Below, piece after piece: positions 15,200 to 33,919 of a stretch of 64,000 bases of DNA. The notes below the pieces were generated by a model. That model searched no databases. It was not told the origin of the DNA and saw only the letters and a list, made by a program, of their open reading frames with translations. The translations under genes and the position numbers were made by a program. Origin of the DNA: the human T2T-CHM13v2.0 reference genome, Homo sapiens. Each line of letters begins with the position of its first letter. Position 1 is the stretch's first letter. The stretch lies in assembly GCF_009914755.1 (NCBI RefSeq), contig NC_060934.1. One strand, given 5' to 3'.

Positions 15200-17260
15200 G
15201 GCCTTAAATTCCTTCCCTCCCCTAGAAGTAGCCACTGTTAATATGTTGGGTAAACTTCCAGTCCTATTTGCAAGCATTTGTATAGATGTATGGATATGAA
15301 TACTTAAAATTTTTTTCATATAAATGAGATCATATGTCTATTGTTCCACAGCTTGCTTTTTGTTGTTGATAATAAAAATTTTATTTCAGGTCAATCCAAA
15401 CAGAAAAACAAAAAGGTCTGTCCATAAATGTTTTCAGGTTTCTTCAGGGAGAAAAATGAAAGTGTGTTCTAAGAGAAATATCATTTTCTCTTTCAGTTTA
15501 TAGGCTATTTGGGTCAATACTTATTTTCAGGAATTTTAGTTTATATTTTTTTTATTTTTAATTATTTTGGATACAAAATAGTTGTACATATTCATGGGGT
15601 ATAGCTTCAAAGCCTTATTTATGTATATGTATAATAATATATTTTGTTCTTTTAAAAGCTGCATTATAGTCCATAAAGAGAATGGGAATGTACTAGACTT
15701 AATCTAGCAAACTACTACTAGATAAGCAGGGTGCTTGCAAGATAAATTATGATAAATGCTGTAAATATTTCTTTTTTTCTTTTTTAGAGACAAAAAATGT
15801 TTGCCCAACAAATGTTTGCTCTATGATGCCCAGGCTCGTCTGGAACTCCTGGGCTCAAGTGATCCTCCCACCCTGGCCTTCAGAGTAGCTATGACTACAG
15901 GTGCACACCACCACACCTGGCCACACATGTCTTTGAAGAACAATCTCTATGCACATAAGTATTTCTTAAGGTCACATTCCTAGAAATGCAATTGGCGTGT
16001 CAAAAGATATGTGCACTTTTTTAAGTTTTATTGTTTCACAGTTTATCCATGTTGTAGCATTTATTGGTACTTTGTTCCTTTTTATGGCTGAAGAATATTC
16101 TACTGTGTGGCCATACCACATTTGCTTGTCCATTTATCAATTCTTGGACCTTTGGGGTTCTTCCACACTTTATTATGAATAATCTTGCTATAAACATTTG
16201 TGCGCAAGACTCTGTGTGTGGTTGTATGTTTTCATTTCTCTTGGGTAAATACTTAGGAGCGGAATTGCTGGGTCATATGATAAATCTGTTTAACTCCTTA
16301 AGAAACTGTCAAACTTTTCCAAAGTACCTATGCCATTACATTTTCACCAGCAATAAAACAAGGGATTCAAGTTTTCCACATCCTAGTCAACACTTGTATT
16401 TGTATATCGTTTTTGTTATATCCATTCTAGAGCATGTGAAAATATGTTTTTAAATTGGCTTTACTAATTTGCACTTCCCCTGATGTTGTATATATAATAC
16501 ATGCTTCTCTACATCCTCACCAACCATAGCTATTATCAGTCTTTTAAATATTTGCCTTGTGAATATTTGTATAAAGTTACTTCGTTGTTGGTTTAGTTTG
16601 CATTTTCCTGATAGTAGTGAGTGAGCATCTCTTCATATGTTGATCGACAATTTGTATTCCATCTTCTGTGAATTACCTGTTCATATATATATATATTTTT
16701 ACTGGATTAACATTTACAGACATTCTGTATGTAATCCAGGTATTGCTGTATATGTAATATGCCTTAGTCTGTGACACTTAACCTTTCTTACATCTTTCTT
16801 GTACAAAAGCATTTAATTTTCACTAGTTAAATCTGTCAGTTTTCTTCATTATAGATTTTGGGCTAAATGTTATGCTTAGGAAAGCCTCCTCCAACACTAG
16901 GATTATAGAAATATTCCCTTATAATTTCTTCTAATAATTCTACAGTTTTATTTTTATGCTGAACACTAATAAACTTGGAAATGATTCTTATGTAGAGGAA
17001 TATATATTTGTTTCGTTCCAGTTGCCCCAAAACTTTTCACTGAATTGTTTATCCTTTCCTAACTGATCTGAAATAAAATCCCACCTCAATCATTGTAAAT
17101 TTTGACACGCAAGTCAGTCATTTTCTGGACTTTTTATGCCACTCCATTGAACAATTTGTCTTCTCTGAGACAATATTGGGCCAGTTAAATTACTGTTGCT
17201 TGAAGGTGTGTTTCGGTATCTGGTCTGGTAAATTCCCTTTCATAACTCTTATCTGTAAAG
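15200..17260 (-). mobile_element. Cluster of old L1M (MB/ME-type) 3'/ORF2 fragments with an Alu fragment at ~15775-15925
   Basis: ttcctttttatggctgaagaatattctactgtgtgg, ttttcatttctcttgggtaaatacttaggagcggaattgctgggtcatatg. Confidence 0.7.
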
Positions 17261-17985
17261 AAAATATCGCAACTAATCTTTCTAAGTGTAATGGAAATAT
17301 TTCTGGTTTAATAAGATCTCATAAGAAAAATAAGGTAGAACCACATAAAGGGTTGAAATGGAAAAACAAGGATGAGTTCACATTCTTTAGCTCTGTCATT
17401 ACTACAGGTGCAAGGACACTTTTGTCCACTAGCAACTCTCTTGTGCACCTCTAGTGCCAGATCATCTCTGTTTCTACTCTTCATCAAAAAAGAAACCAGG
17501 ACTTCTTGAAAGGCACACAGTCCTATGTCTTGCGTCAGAAAAAAAAAAAAAAAAAAAAATTAGGATGGCCCCAAACATCCTATTGTTGTAACAAAGTAAG
17601 GATGCTGCCATAACTGTCAAAAGCAATATTTTACTTTTAAAAAAACCAAAACCCCACAAAAACAAAAGAATAAGCTTGAAGGACTTCCACCAGTCAAGCT
17701 GTAATATTCTGAGCATCCAAAAAAGGAGATGAAAATTATAAGGTGAGTCTATAAAGGGACACACATTCATAGAGACTCCAAGAGAAAAAGGAGTTGTAAT
17801 ACAAAATTAAGATGATTATAGGATATAGCTAAGGGACTATTCATATATGTGTGGACATTTTATATGTTGTATGAAGAATATACATTTTCATAAACCATAG
17901 ACATGTGTTTGTTTCTAGCTATCCTTATAGGAATAAACAAAATCATAAGATAAACTAGAAAAACATAGTACAAACAGACAAAAGA

Positions 17986-18300
<315 letters not shown>

Positions 18301-18765
18301 TCATCAGTGGTCACATATAATAAATACAAATAAAGGAGTCTACTTGATCATATGTGATCACAAATAAAAGAGGATCCAGCAGTTATGTCCAAAGATAATA
18401 AATAGCCAAATATCTCAGGGACAAGCGTTCACCACACAGACTTGATGGTTCTACTAGACAAAATCTCAAAATGATCCTAGTTACATGAGATATTCACAGG
18501 CATATGTAAGTTTTCGATTACACTAACGGACAAGATCAACAGATCATAAAAAGGCAAGACAATGAGTAGGTCAGGCTGACTATGCAAAATGAAAGCATCC
18601 ACTTCTGGGAAGGACACCAAGTTTCCTAAATGAAAGAAGAAATGGCAAGATATTAAAAATTCCATGACAAAGCAAGGAAGAATTAATTTTAACGAAGGAC
18701 TTTGTCCAGGGCCCATGGCCCATGACTGCAGCAGCGTGGACTGTGCTGCCAGGCCCTCCATCCTA

Positions 18766-21462
<2,697 letters not shown>

Positions 21463-21487
21463 AAAATAAACATGGTCATAGTAGTAG

Positions 21488-21804
<317 letters not shown>

Positions 21805-22254
21805 AGTAATAATGGACATAAAACTTGATTTTGATTTTTTAAATGGGTAAGTTATTTTTAAAATGTGCTAACCATTGTGTTCAAGTATAGTTTACATAAT
21901 GTTTAAGGAGTTTACAAGGTTTCAAACAATCAGGTATACTCAATCTATAGCCGCACTTTAGGCTGTTTGAGGCGATTTAATTAATTTAATTAGCAATACA
22001 TGTTTAAACGCTCAAGAAAAATTGCCGTTTGTTTTCTTTCTCCCTTCCTTCCTAATTCAGTCACAAAGCCACTAGGCAGTGCCTGGGAGGTGAAAGCGGC
22101 TGAAGAAGGTCAGGGGATTGAGAAAATAAATGAGTGGAGACAGTGGAAGCCAGGGTTGTCACTGTAGGAGGAGGGAGTGACAAATTCGGAAAGGGGGAAA
22201 AGAACATGCCACTAGGTTGGGATTGGAGGTATCAACGTGACCTCATGATATTCT

Positions 22255-22554
22255 TTTTTTTTTTTTTTTTGAGACGGAGTCTCGCTCCGTCACCCAAGCT
22301 GGAGTGCAGTGGTGTGATCTTGACTCACTGTAACCTCCACCTCCCAGGTTCAAGTGATTCTCTCCTGCCTCAGCCTCCCGAGTTGCTGGGATTACAGGCA
22401 CGTGCCATCACGCCTGGCTAATTTTTGTATTTTTAGTAGAGACGGGGTCTTGCCATGTTGGTCAGATTGGTCTTGAACTCCTGATCTCAAGCAATCCACC
22501 CGCCTTGGCCTCCCAAAGTGCTGGGATTACAGGCGTGAGCCACCATACCTGGCC
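22255..22554 (-). mobile_element. AluS with perfect 16-bp TSD GACCTCATGATATTCT
   Basis: TSD at 22239-22254 and 22556-22571. Confidence 0.9.
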
Positions 22555-23044
22555 CGACCTCATGATATTCTATATAGATATAAAAATAAACATCAATACA
22601 AATGTGTGCATACATATTTACACTTAGACACACATGCACATATATAGTTTGAGGGTTTCTAGGAATAGCAGGACTGCAGTAGCAATGGATACACTTTCAA
22701 TAAATGAGTGAGCGAGTGCCCTTTGTGCCACGGCAAGTGCTAATTATCATCTTGCTAGAAAATCTAGGAGCAAGTGGGAAGATATTCAAAGGATCCCCAA
22801 TTGATAATCAGACTATGTTTTCTCATGAGACAAAACGAAGTAGAAACTGTGATTGTTAGGCTAGCTCATAAAGATTTTATTTATCCGAAGACCCTGGAAG
22901 TAAAATACTTCATCTCTTATTATACTAGGAAATGTATGCCGGGTAGTATTATTTTAAAACTTCTTTTAGCTGTCCTACAGTATTTTAAATCTTACTAAAC
23001 ACTTTAATTGCCCTGTCTTCTTTCAAATCTATTACCACTACTGT

Positions 23045-23047
<3 letters not shown>

Positions 23048-23106
<59 letters not shown>
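23048..23106. repeat. Compound (CA)n(GA)n microsatellite
   Basis: Direct reading. Confidence 0.95.
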
Positions 23107-23884
23107 TTGGGGAAGTGGTCGAATTAAATGGATTGACAGCCTCAACACAGTCACCGGGACAAACTGCCTAGTTATTCCAAGGATGCAGCTACTCCTCAAA
23201 TGATTTTTGGAATCTATCTTCTGCACTGGCTTTAGAGTTCATGGTATAACCTTAGAGATAGTAAATTTTTACTCTCCTGAGTAGATATAATATTTTAAAA
23301 AAGTCCAAAGACACTAGAAGTTGGGTGATCAAACTGAGTAATAATTTGTAGTTGAAAAATAAAGGCATAATTATAAAGAGACTTGAACCTCCAAAGTATA
23401 CCAGTAGTATAATGCAATCAGGCGTATACCTTTCCAAAGTAACTTCTTTGAGGAATAACATTAATTTACTTGAATAAGCAAAAAAAACCTCATAATCACA
23501 CTTCAGACATGCCGTATGTACTGGGGTCAAACGCACTGAACAATGGCCCTTCCCAAAACATGTCTCCCACTGTCCTACCAAGCTATCTAAAATGCAGAAT
23601 ACTTTGAGCTGAGGACTGACTGATGGCTGCTGCTGAAGGGCCATATGGCCTACTGCAATGTGTAATTTACAGTGCCATAAATACCTGAGATGACTCTGTT
23701 TGATATGACAAACTGTCAGCTTGACTGCCACAAGGCAATAGGACATAAGTGATTTGGGGGCAAGGTTGTCAATGAGGACCAGTCATCAAAAGGGAGACCC
23801 TGGAACCAACTCTCACCTTTGAAATGAACCCAGCCCCGTTCTGTTCCAGATGCACACCTTCAACAGATCAGACAAACATGGTTG

Positions 23885-26514
23885 CATGGTCCAAGCATGT
23901 GGTGATTTTTATTAAGAATAACTTTGGTTCTAAGAATTCCACCCTCAATTCTTTAATACTTTCCGTTAAAAACAATTATACAAGAGCAAATACAAAAAAT
24001 ATTAAATTATGAAAACCAATCCATTAAGGCTCCCTTTATATATATTATATACACTCAAACAAGTCAAGATTTTTCAGAGTAGAAGAATAAAGTCGACTGT
24101 TATAGCTTAGAAAGCAACACTACTACTATGAGACTATAAAACATTAAACTATTTTAAGAAAACCACGCTGTGGAAAAATGGAGCCATTTTTGTCAAAAAG
24201 TGGCTCAAAGCACAAAACTGCTCAGATGTTCAAGAGTCCTAGGAGTTTGGGCTGCACAGTATTAAGGGGTGAGAGGAGACCGACAGCCTGTTTGAATCAG
24301 GCTTGTGAGCCCAGCTCATCTGACAACTTCAAAGAGCTTCTCTGCCTATACATTCCACCGTTTAGCATAAGACACCACTTTACGCTATTTACAAGTCTCC
24401 TTTTGGCCAGATTTTGTATTACTAATTACAAATAATTCTGCAGATTTGAGTGAGATTAGGAAAGAAATGCTTTCTTAAGTAACTTTTTTTTTTTTCAGTG
24501 AAGAATGAATTCTAGTTAAGCTCTAGGAACAGAAATGGTCCTTCTAAAGGAGCCTACCAGGGCCCCTGTGAATACGATCAAGTGGCAGAATTGCTTCGAG
24601 AATACAGATTTCAAGATCTGACATCTAGTTAGATAAAAAGATATGAGCCAGTCCCGAATCTTCATTTTACAAACAGCATCGCTAGTCCACAGACACAAAG
24701 AAAGAATTCCAGTCAACGTGCAATCAGAAATGGGCTTTTCAAGATCATCAGTCATCACACTTCCTTCTCTCAAAAGAACGATGGGAAAAAATAGTTACCA
24801 TTCCATTCTTCGAAACCAAATTACTATAGAGCAACAATTTTTCTTAAGCATTTCTCATTTTATTCAAATAATACTTGCTGATGAGATAAATAATCCATTT
24901 CAGGTATAATCAACTAACATGTTTCTCTAACTAGCAGTATATTATCATTGCATTTACTTTTGTTCCCATTCAGATTGAATATGGGCCTAATTGTCAACTG
25001 CTAACACTAAAGCATTCCCATAGAAAGCTAATTTCTACTGTGCTAATTAAGGATTCAAAAGCTCTAGATCCAGCTTTCTATGAGTCTTCAAAGAAAGTAT
25101 GAGAAGTCTCTCCAATGCAGAAATGACTGGCTGAACTGTCTCTACGGAGCATACTAAATCCTCAACAATTCTTCGGTATCACCCAGGCAAAAGGTACCGA
25201 TGCCCACACTAGCAGTTTAAAACTAATTTTGCATGAGAATGCGGCTGCTGTCTGTAACTCGGCCCCCTCTCTGAGGAGCGTGCTGCTAGCTAGAACAAGG
25301 GAACTCAGCAGCCCCTCCCTTCCCATCAGCTGTTCCTGAGAGATGCAATATAGTAGTCATCGACATCATCCTTATCAACAGCATCATCACTCAGACAGTG
25401 GTGAAAGTCTTTCTTCACAAGGAAAAACAAAGATAAAGAAATACATGAGCATTAATCAGAAATTTTCAAAGCTTGGATTCTAATGATATGCATTATCATT
25501 AGACATTCAAATGCTATACATCTTCTGATGAAGCCTCCTTGACAGCAGTCTACACTTATTTCACATTAGAATGCCTAGAGAAATCCTGACTGCCCAGCTG
25601 GTCATGGGAACCTTCCCCACTCTCCTCTTGGAGAAATGAAAAGATGTGGCGGCTTCTACTTTTGCTACTGAAGCTGGGTTATATGGACTAGTTCCACTCT
25701 CTAAGGGACTGGAAGGTTATTCCATCTGAAAGAACTAGATCAGCAAGACATTTAAAAACAAAACTGAACAGAAACCCTCCTAGTAATCAAAGCAATTAAT
25801 GAATGGACAGGATGTACCTTCTTGGAACTGGAATGTCACTATGTAGCCTGCTATTATTACACAGAGAACCAAAAGGAATGAAAATAAAATCAAGATGGGC
25901 TTTTAAACTTCTCACCCTATTTCTAAATTAAGTGCCAACAAGGGTAGTGGCTGTGCTCGACATTCACGTTCCTTCTCTGGTGTTAACTGCAACAGGGGTG
26001 AAAGTATAAATTAAACAAGACAATTCTGGGTCCTCAAAATTTACAGTGAGTGAACAGATTAAACGCATTTCTAGGTGATCTCAATTATCTAACAGATAAC
26101 AAAAAGAGGAATTAAACATTTGTTTTTTAGCTTTTAAAAGAAAAAAGGCTCTGGGTCCCACGAAACTTGGAATGGAAGAAAAACCAAGTAGTGCAACTCT
26201 CAAGAATTGATTCCAGTGTCCTCTTCCTTTTTCCTGTTCTCACTTGTTTTGCTTGTTGGTTCTGTTAAGTCTCTGAACACAGGTCCATCATTCCAACTTA
26301 CGTGCGGGGCACTGCCCTTCATTTGGCGAATAGGAACTGCAACTGTCACAGGCAAGGCATCCACCCAGATCGTAGGAAAATCAAACCAAATCCTACTGCA
26401 AGTCAAAATTCTCTGCTGGCTGGAATATTCTCCAGGGGCTTTTGCCCTGAGATTGAGAAGGCACCCACAGACAGCTCTGTGGGGTGACACACGAGGTCTT
26501 GGTGCAGCCTCAGC
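23885..26514 (-). other. FAM107B: FAM107B 3'UTR (~2.6 kb)
   Basis: Repeat-free AT-rich stretch from the stop codon to AATAAA at 23913-23908 (minus). The 3' end is approximate. Confidence 0.85.
23908..23913 (-). terminator. Distal polyadenylation signal AATAAA of FAM107B
   Basis: tttatt on +. On minus, CA dinucleotides lie ~20-30 nt downstream, followed by GU-rich tgtttgtctg. Confidence 0.8.
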
Positions 26515-26631
26515 CTAGGACTCCTGGGCTTGGGCGACTTCTTGGCCTGTTCTCCTGAGATTGCCTTTCACCTTCACAAACTCGGGGGCATTTTCTTGCT
26601 CTTCTTGCAATTTCTGCTTCTCAAGTTCAAG
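26515..26631 (-). CDS. FAM107B: FAM107B last coding exon ([38 protein letters not shown])
   Basis: Acceptor gtcatttag|CTT, phase 0, TAG at 26515-26517. Contains the conserved FAM107 C-terminal motif [12 protein letters not shown]. The three exons total 42+1+50+38 = 131 aa. Confidence 0.97.
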   Translation of the reverse strand, partial: LELEKQKLQEEQENAPEFVKVKGNLRRTGQEVAQAQES

Positions 26632-27193
26632 CTAAATGACATTCAGAAAAGGAAAAATTATTTACAAACCAAGCAGCCTTTCAAAATACTCTTCTCTCTT
26701 TTCAAAGTCCCTGACAACTTTACTTCCCCACAGAATAAATTCTCTCCTGGTCCCCCACTTTTAAAGAAATGGATGGATAGAGTCTGGGTAATTGTGCACA
26801 GAAACAGAAGCCACTTGGCTGTCACTGCAAATAGGACCACGAGATGACAAGAATTGAAAAGACAGGGCTAAGGAAACAAATCCTGGAGTCAACGCGCAGT
26901 TGCTCTGGAGTCTTCATGAAAGTGAATTTCATTAAATTACTCCAGCACCCTGTGTGAATTCAGTGCCATGTCCCTGTTTTGCTTTTGCCTCTGGGATCTC
27001 TTTTAGGTCCTCAGTAGGATTCTTGTCCCTGCCTTGAACATATTTGACCCCATTTGCTGACATTTGTCTCCAATATTTCTTTCATGGTATAAATGTATAC
27101 ACTGGCACGTCTGGTAAATCCTGCCCGCTCCAACACTCCAACATTCTTCAAGACAAAAACAAAAAAAGACAGCTTCCAGCCAATCCCCCTTAC

Positions 27194-27344
27194 CTGCTCC
27201 AACTTCTGCTGCCGTTTTAATAGCTCTATTTCCAAGTCAGATTTCTTCTTCTGTGCTTCTTCTTCCTTCTGCTTTATTACTTGGTCTCGTTTTCTTTTTT
27301 CCATCACCTTCTGCAATTCTGGTTTGTTCTGAGGAGCAAGACCC
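27194..27344 (-). CDS. FAM107B: FAM107B penultimate coding exon, 151 nt ([21 protein letters not shown]...[10 protein letters not shown])
   Basis: Acceptor ctctttcgcag|G, donor CAG|gtaagg. Phase 2 join (AG+G = Arg) with the upstream exon keeps the frame. Coiled-coil K/E/Q-rich sequence. Confidence 0.97.
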
Positions 27345-27740
27345 CTGCGAAAGAGCATTAACAAAAATAGAAAACGTTAATCTAATGGCTACATTTTTTA
27401 TGAACAGAAATTTAACTTACAATATCAACCACGGAAAAGTGGTCTACAAAATTAGTATGATACCTACTAGGCTACAGCAGGCAACATGGTGATCTAAGAA
27501 ATTCACCAGCACGAAAGAAAGGCAAGAGGAGATCTCCAAAGAGTACATAAAATCCATTCATTCAATGACAATGTATTGGCCACGTGCCATGTGCAAGACA
27601 CTAGGCTACGCAAAGGAGGGCAGTGAGGGTGGGGATGTGCGTACGATGACTGTGATGGGTGCCCATGACAGAGACGGAGATGGTCAGGAAATGAGGGGGC
27701 TCTGCATGGAGGGGAGGCTTCCCAAAATCTAGCCCCTGAT

Positions 27741-28038
27741 TTTTTTTTTTTTTTCTGAGACAGAGTCTCACTCTGTCACCCAGGCTGGAGTGCAGTGGCA
27801 GGCAATCTAGGCTCAATGCAACCTCCGCCTCCCAGGTTCAAGCAATTCTCCTGCCTCAGCCTCTGGAGTAGCTGGGATTACAGGCGTGCACCACCACGCC
27901 CGGCTAATTTTTGTATTTTTAGTAGAGATGGGGTTTCACCATGTTGGTCAGGTTGGTCTGAAACTCCTGACCTCGGGATCCACTCGCCTCGGCCTCCCAA
28001 AGTGCTGGGATTACAGGCGTGAGCCACCACACCTGGCC
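27741..28038 (-). mobile_element. AluS with TSD TCTAGCCCCTGAT
   Basis: TSD at 27728-27740 / 28039-28051. Confidence 0.9.
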
Positions 28039-29134
28039 TCTAGCCCCTGATCTTATGCACTAAATGCAGCCTCAAGACCAGCTTAGACAGTAAAATGGCC
28101 CTGGAAACCTTCCCACCCTTCATTTTTCAGACTGAAAGGGGGTTCCTGTACATCTAAAGGCACATCTGAGGTTATACCGTTACTGAAGGACATGGCCGTG
28201 CAGAACCTTAATCCCCTAATTCTCAGTCCCGTGCTCCTCCACCGAAACCCTTTCAGATGTGTAGTTGATTATTTACAATGAAAGCAAGTCGGCCTTCAGG
28301 GAAGTCCTACATTTCTGAGAGATAAATTAGGCTACCATCTCTCCAAATGGGGAGAAACAAGCCAAACAGGCCATGAACTAGCCACCCTCCATCTGAAATA
28401 TTCGAGAGAAGTCAAGGGAAAGACATGTCTTAGCATTTTCTCTAGTGCTATATCTGTCTGTTTAACTGTTAGCTTAAGATTTGCCTTTTCTATTTCCTTA
28501 GGATTTCTCCTATGGCTTTCCAGAATGCTGGATTATCCAGCTCACCTTTCTTCTTATTGTCTTCCTTAGTCACTTATCTTAGCCAGTCTCTGCCAACTCA
28601 TAAGTAATCTCAACTTGATGTTAAAATTTACCAGGACAATTTAAAATAAAAATAGGACAAACCACCGAACAGGAAAAGCGCTTTCAATTTCAGGCAGCAC
28701 AGGGTGTAGGTAACAGCGCACACACACTCATGCTACGCACGCAGGCATGTGGTGGAACAGTAATTCAGGCTTTTCTGAACTGCAGGCAACAAGCACTGCT
28801 GACTCTGTCCCGGACTCCAGGATGGGCCTGAGCACCTCCCACACACCTCCTGGTCCGGCTGCTGATGACTGCTAATCTGTAGACAAGGGACAGGGTTGTT
28901 CTCTAAACGACTCCTATCAACTACCGTGACTAACCAACTAGGAGTCATCTGAGCAACTGTTAAATAACAATTTCCAATATATGTGCTCCGGCCAGAGAAA
29001 TTCAACAGCACACTCACCTTGATCCCTTTAAAGTCCACACAATCACATCTGTAAACCAATCCTCAATTGCATACTTCCTCATTCATCTAGAATTTCTAAA
29101 AATTCTGGCATCTCTCCTATCTAGATGTTTTTAA

Positions 29135-29682
<548 letters not shown>

Positions 29683-30869
29683 TAATGACAGAGGACACAC
29701 AGTCAAAATAATATATGTCTCCAATTTCCCAATTTTCATTAGCAGAACTTTCCGTTAAAAAAAATTTGGCCAAATTTCCAGGGAAACAAAAGAGGCAGGT
29801 GACTTTTGTGATTTAATTATGGTTTATTTCACAGTTATCAAAACTAAATAAACAACAGGGTAAAAAATATGCACAGATTAAATCTTTAATCAGCACAATA
29901 TAAGTTGCTTAAGAGTACTCTGTTCAAAATAAAGGTGTTATTAACCACAGGAAAAGCTGTTTTTAAGTAATCTGAATAAAGTTTTACTCAGTTTCATGAC
30001 TATCAAAAAGTCTTGATATAACACTACAGACAGAATTAAGGGGTTTAAATTTTAGGATTAAGAATTTAGCTATCTGAATAATTTAAATTTCAAACATTTT
30101 TCTTTCCCTACATTTCACTGGCAAAATTAACTTCAACTATTATTCAATTCTCCTGGATTATGCAAAAGCTGCTGAAGATTTGATGTATGACACATTTGGC
30201 TGACACTCTATTGCAACCTATGAATGGGTTTAACTATTACACAGTATTCATTTTCCTTTCAAAGATTTTACACAATAGTGACAGTAAGATAAAATATGTA
30301 GTAACAAAAAATTCAGGAAAATGGTGCTTATATGATAAATATTCTCTACTTACAGCAGTCAAGAAGTCATATAAATTTAGTTAATATTTTACCACAGTGG
30401 ATTACTTAACTTTCTGTGCTGAATGCAAAAAGTCAAGCATTGCCCATGTAAGTCTCTAAGTCTAAATGGAACAGAGATAGTGTCGACAGACAGAAATTAG
30501 TTTCTCCAAATGTCATAATTAACTACAATACCATCCCTTGCACAAGAATAGTTGGTTCTCTTTAATCAATTCTGACATATACAGCTAACAAGTACTTTCA
30601 ACCCCTTTATGACAGTATCACCCACGAGTAACAGTAATTCCCAAGTCGGCTTCTCGGTCAGGTAGCTACCTGTGACTACTGAAGCGGGCAAAGCCAATTT
30701 AAAAAACTATAAAATTAATAAGTGCTCTTTGCAGAAAAAGAAAAGTAATATACCCATGTGTTAAATAAAAAGCAAAAGCACATCCAAACCCTCTCCATTA
30801 AACGAATCGAGGAGCACCACTCCATCGCAAATGTTCTATGTGAACAGTGGCCCCAAAATTATGCAAAGT

Positions 30870-31215
30870 AGAGACCCTGTACCCATCAACCCCTACCTAT
30901 TCCTGCATCCAGAGATAACTCTTACCAACAGTTGGGTCTATGTTCCTCCATACTTTCTATACCCATATAAACATGCCACAATTCTGCCACATCCCTACTG
31001 ACAGACATCTATTTGGTTTCCAACTGTTCACTATTAAAAACAATGAGGCTCTGAGCCTCTGTGGACATTTATAGCTGCACACTTCTACAAGTATTTCTGT
31101 TGGCTAGATTCATAGAAGCGGAGTTGCTGGCTAAGCATCTGCACATCGCATATTTTGATGAGTACTGCCAAAGTGCCCTACAAAAAGGCTGCAATGATTT
31201 ATATTCCCACCCCCA
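30870..31215 (-). mobile_element. Old L1ME fragment
   Basis: acagacatctatttggtttccaactgttcactatt, gagtactgccaaagtgccctacaaaaaggctgcaatgatttatattcccac. Confidence 0.6.
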
Positions 31216-31484
31216 GAGTATGAAACATACAGACAACTTTGAAAGGTACATTTCACATAAACCACTAAATACATTCAAGGGCAGACGGGGCGAGTCCCCA
31301 TTCATTCCACATCTACCTGAACTCTGTGTACCTATATATTAATAAGTGAAGTCATTTCATTACCTGGGACAGCATTCATCCAGAGGAAAGGTCTGGGGCT
31401 CAGACCGTCACAGAACAATGCCTACTCACTTAGTCAAACATCTCCCGGCCTAATTATTTTTCTTAGGGTACAGGGAAAATTTGA

Positions 31485-31921
<437 letters not shown>

Positions 31922-32124
31922 TAGAACTGCCCCTATCTTTTTCCATGTTGTACAGCAGCAAGTATTTATTGAGGAACTATTCAACTAGTAAAGCATGCCA
32001 AAAGAATGTCAGCTAAAAACCAGGAACAAGAAGCCACTGACTTCAAAATATACAAGCCAAAGAACCAATTTTAGGGATATGTTTAAGTAACTGACCTATT
32101 TATTCTAAAAAGTAATCTTTGTAG

Positions 32125-32461
<337 letters not shown>

Positions 32462-33261
32462 CTTCTTAATTGTTTTTTTAAAGATCCCTTCAATAGTAAT
32501 CTTTTAACCAAAAAAAAAAAAAAGCCTTTTGAAATCTGCCTTTTTATACTACTGAAAACACCTGTGGAAAGTGAGAACCTGACACAAGGTTTTAACCGTC
32601 AGACCTAGAGGCTTCAAAGACTTTTAACCTGAAACTAAGCTGGGTTCCAAAGACAGTAAATAGAGGAATAGGATTACACACTAGAAAGAGCATAGGTTTC
32701 GCAGTTAGAAGACCTGTGGGTACTTGTTCTCTTAAGTTCTTGTTCTCAGCCTGTAACACATAATCTCTGAAATGTAACTGGAAAAACTGAACTGCCATAG
32801 AGCTTTGAGCTAAATTTGTAGCTATGCGTAGCAAAGGTATAAGTCTCCACATAAACTTGCTTTTATTTCTAAACACTATTTCAAAAAACTATTATGTAAT
32901 CTTGAGATGATTCCTTAAACCAGTCACCTTGAGATTACTCACCTGAGTGAGGGTAACCTGAAGATAACACACACTGGGCTATTAGAAAGAGCACCAGATG
33001 AGACAAAATGTAGGAAGACTTGTTATAAACTACAGAAAAGCAAATGGATTTTTATTACAATACCATGCAGTAATCAAGACTGGTTATTCATTAACCAAAC
33101 ACACACAGTATTGATGTGATGTATCCTATAGTTTGGCACTAAAATTTAGAAATAAAAACCCCAGTCTCTAAAAAGTATACAAAATAAAAGATGAATAAAA
33201 GGAAAGAAACTGAGAAATTCTCACTTTAAAATCACTGTATTTCTAACAAGTTTGGTATTAC

Positions 33262-33364
33262 CTTGAAAACTCTTAAGAGATAAGATGAGATATATTTTCA
33301 TTTCATTTTGAAATCTGCCTTTTCTTTTTTTTTTTTTTAATGTATTTCCAACCAGACCAAAATC
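33262..33364 (-). other. Candidate 103-nt poison cassette exon of FAM107B
   Basis: Long pyrimidine tract ttgctttttctcccttttctttgaag|G; donor AAG|gtaata; in-frame TAA after R-ILVWLEIH. Confidence 0.5.
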
Positions 33365-33445
33365 CTTCAAAGAAAAGGGAGAAAAAGCAATAGGAAATTC
33401 CAGTTGTTGTCACATAGGAAGTGGAAGATAGATGTGACTAAGTGA

Positions 33446-33919
<474 letters not shown>

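Noticed and set aside
27011-27193. ORF extension past the exon donor ([11 protein letters not shown]...)
   Set aside because: Read-through into the intron after a canonical CAG|gtaagg donor; no evidence of retention from sequence alone
30659-30672. 14-bp perfect palindrome caggtagctacctg
   Set aside because: A few palindromes of this length are expected by chance in 64 kb
30790-30880. caaaattatgca resembling antisense U1 snRNA
   Set aside because: Match limited to ~11 nt; the rest does not align
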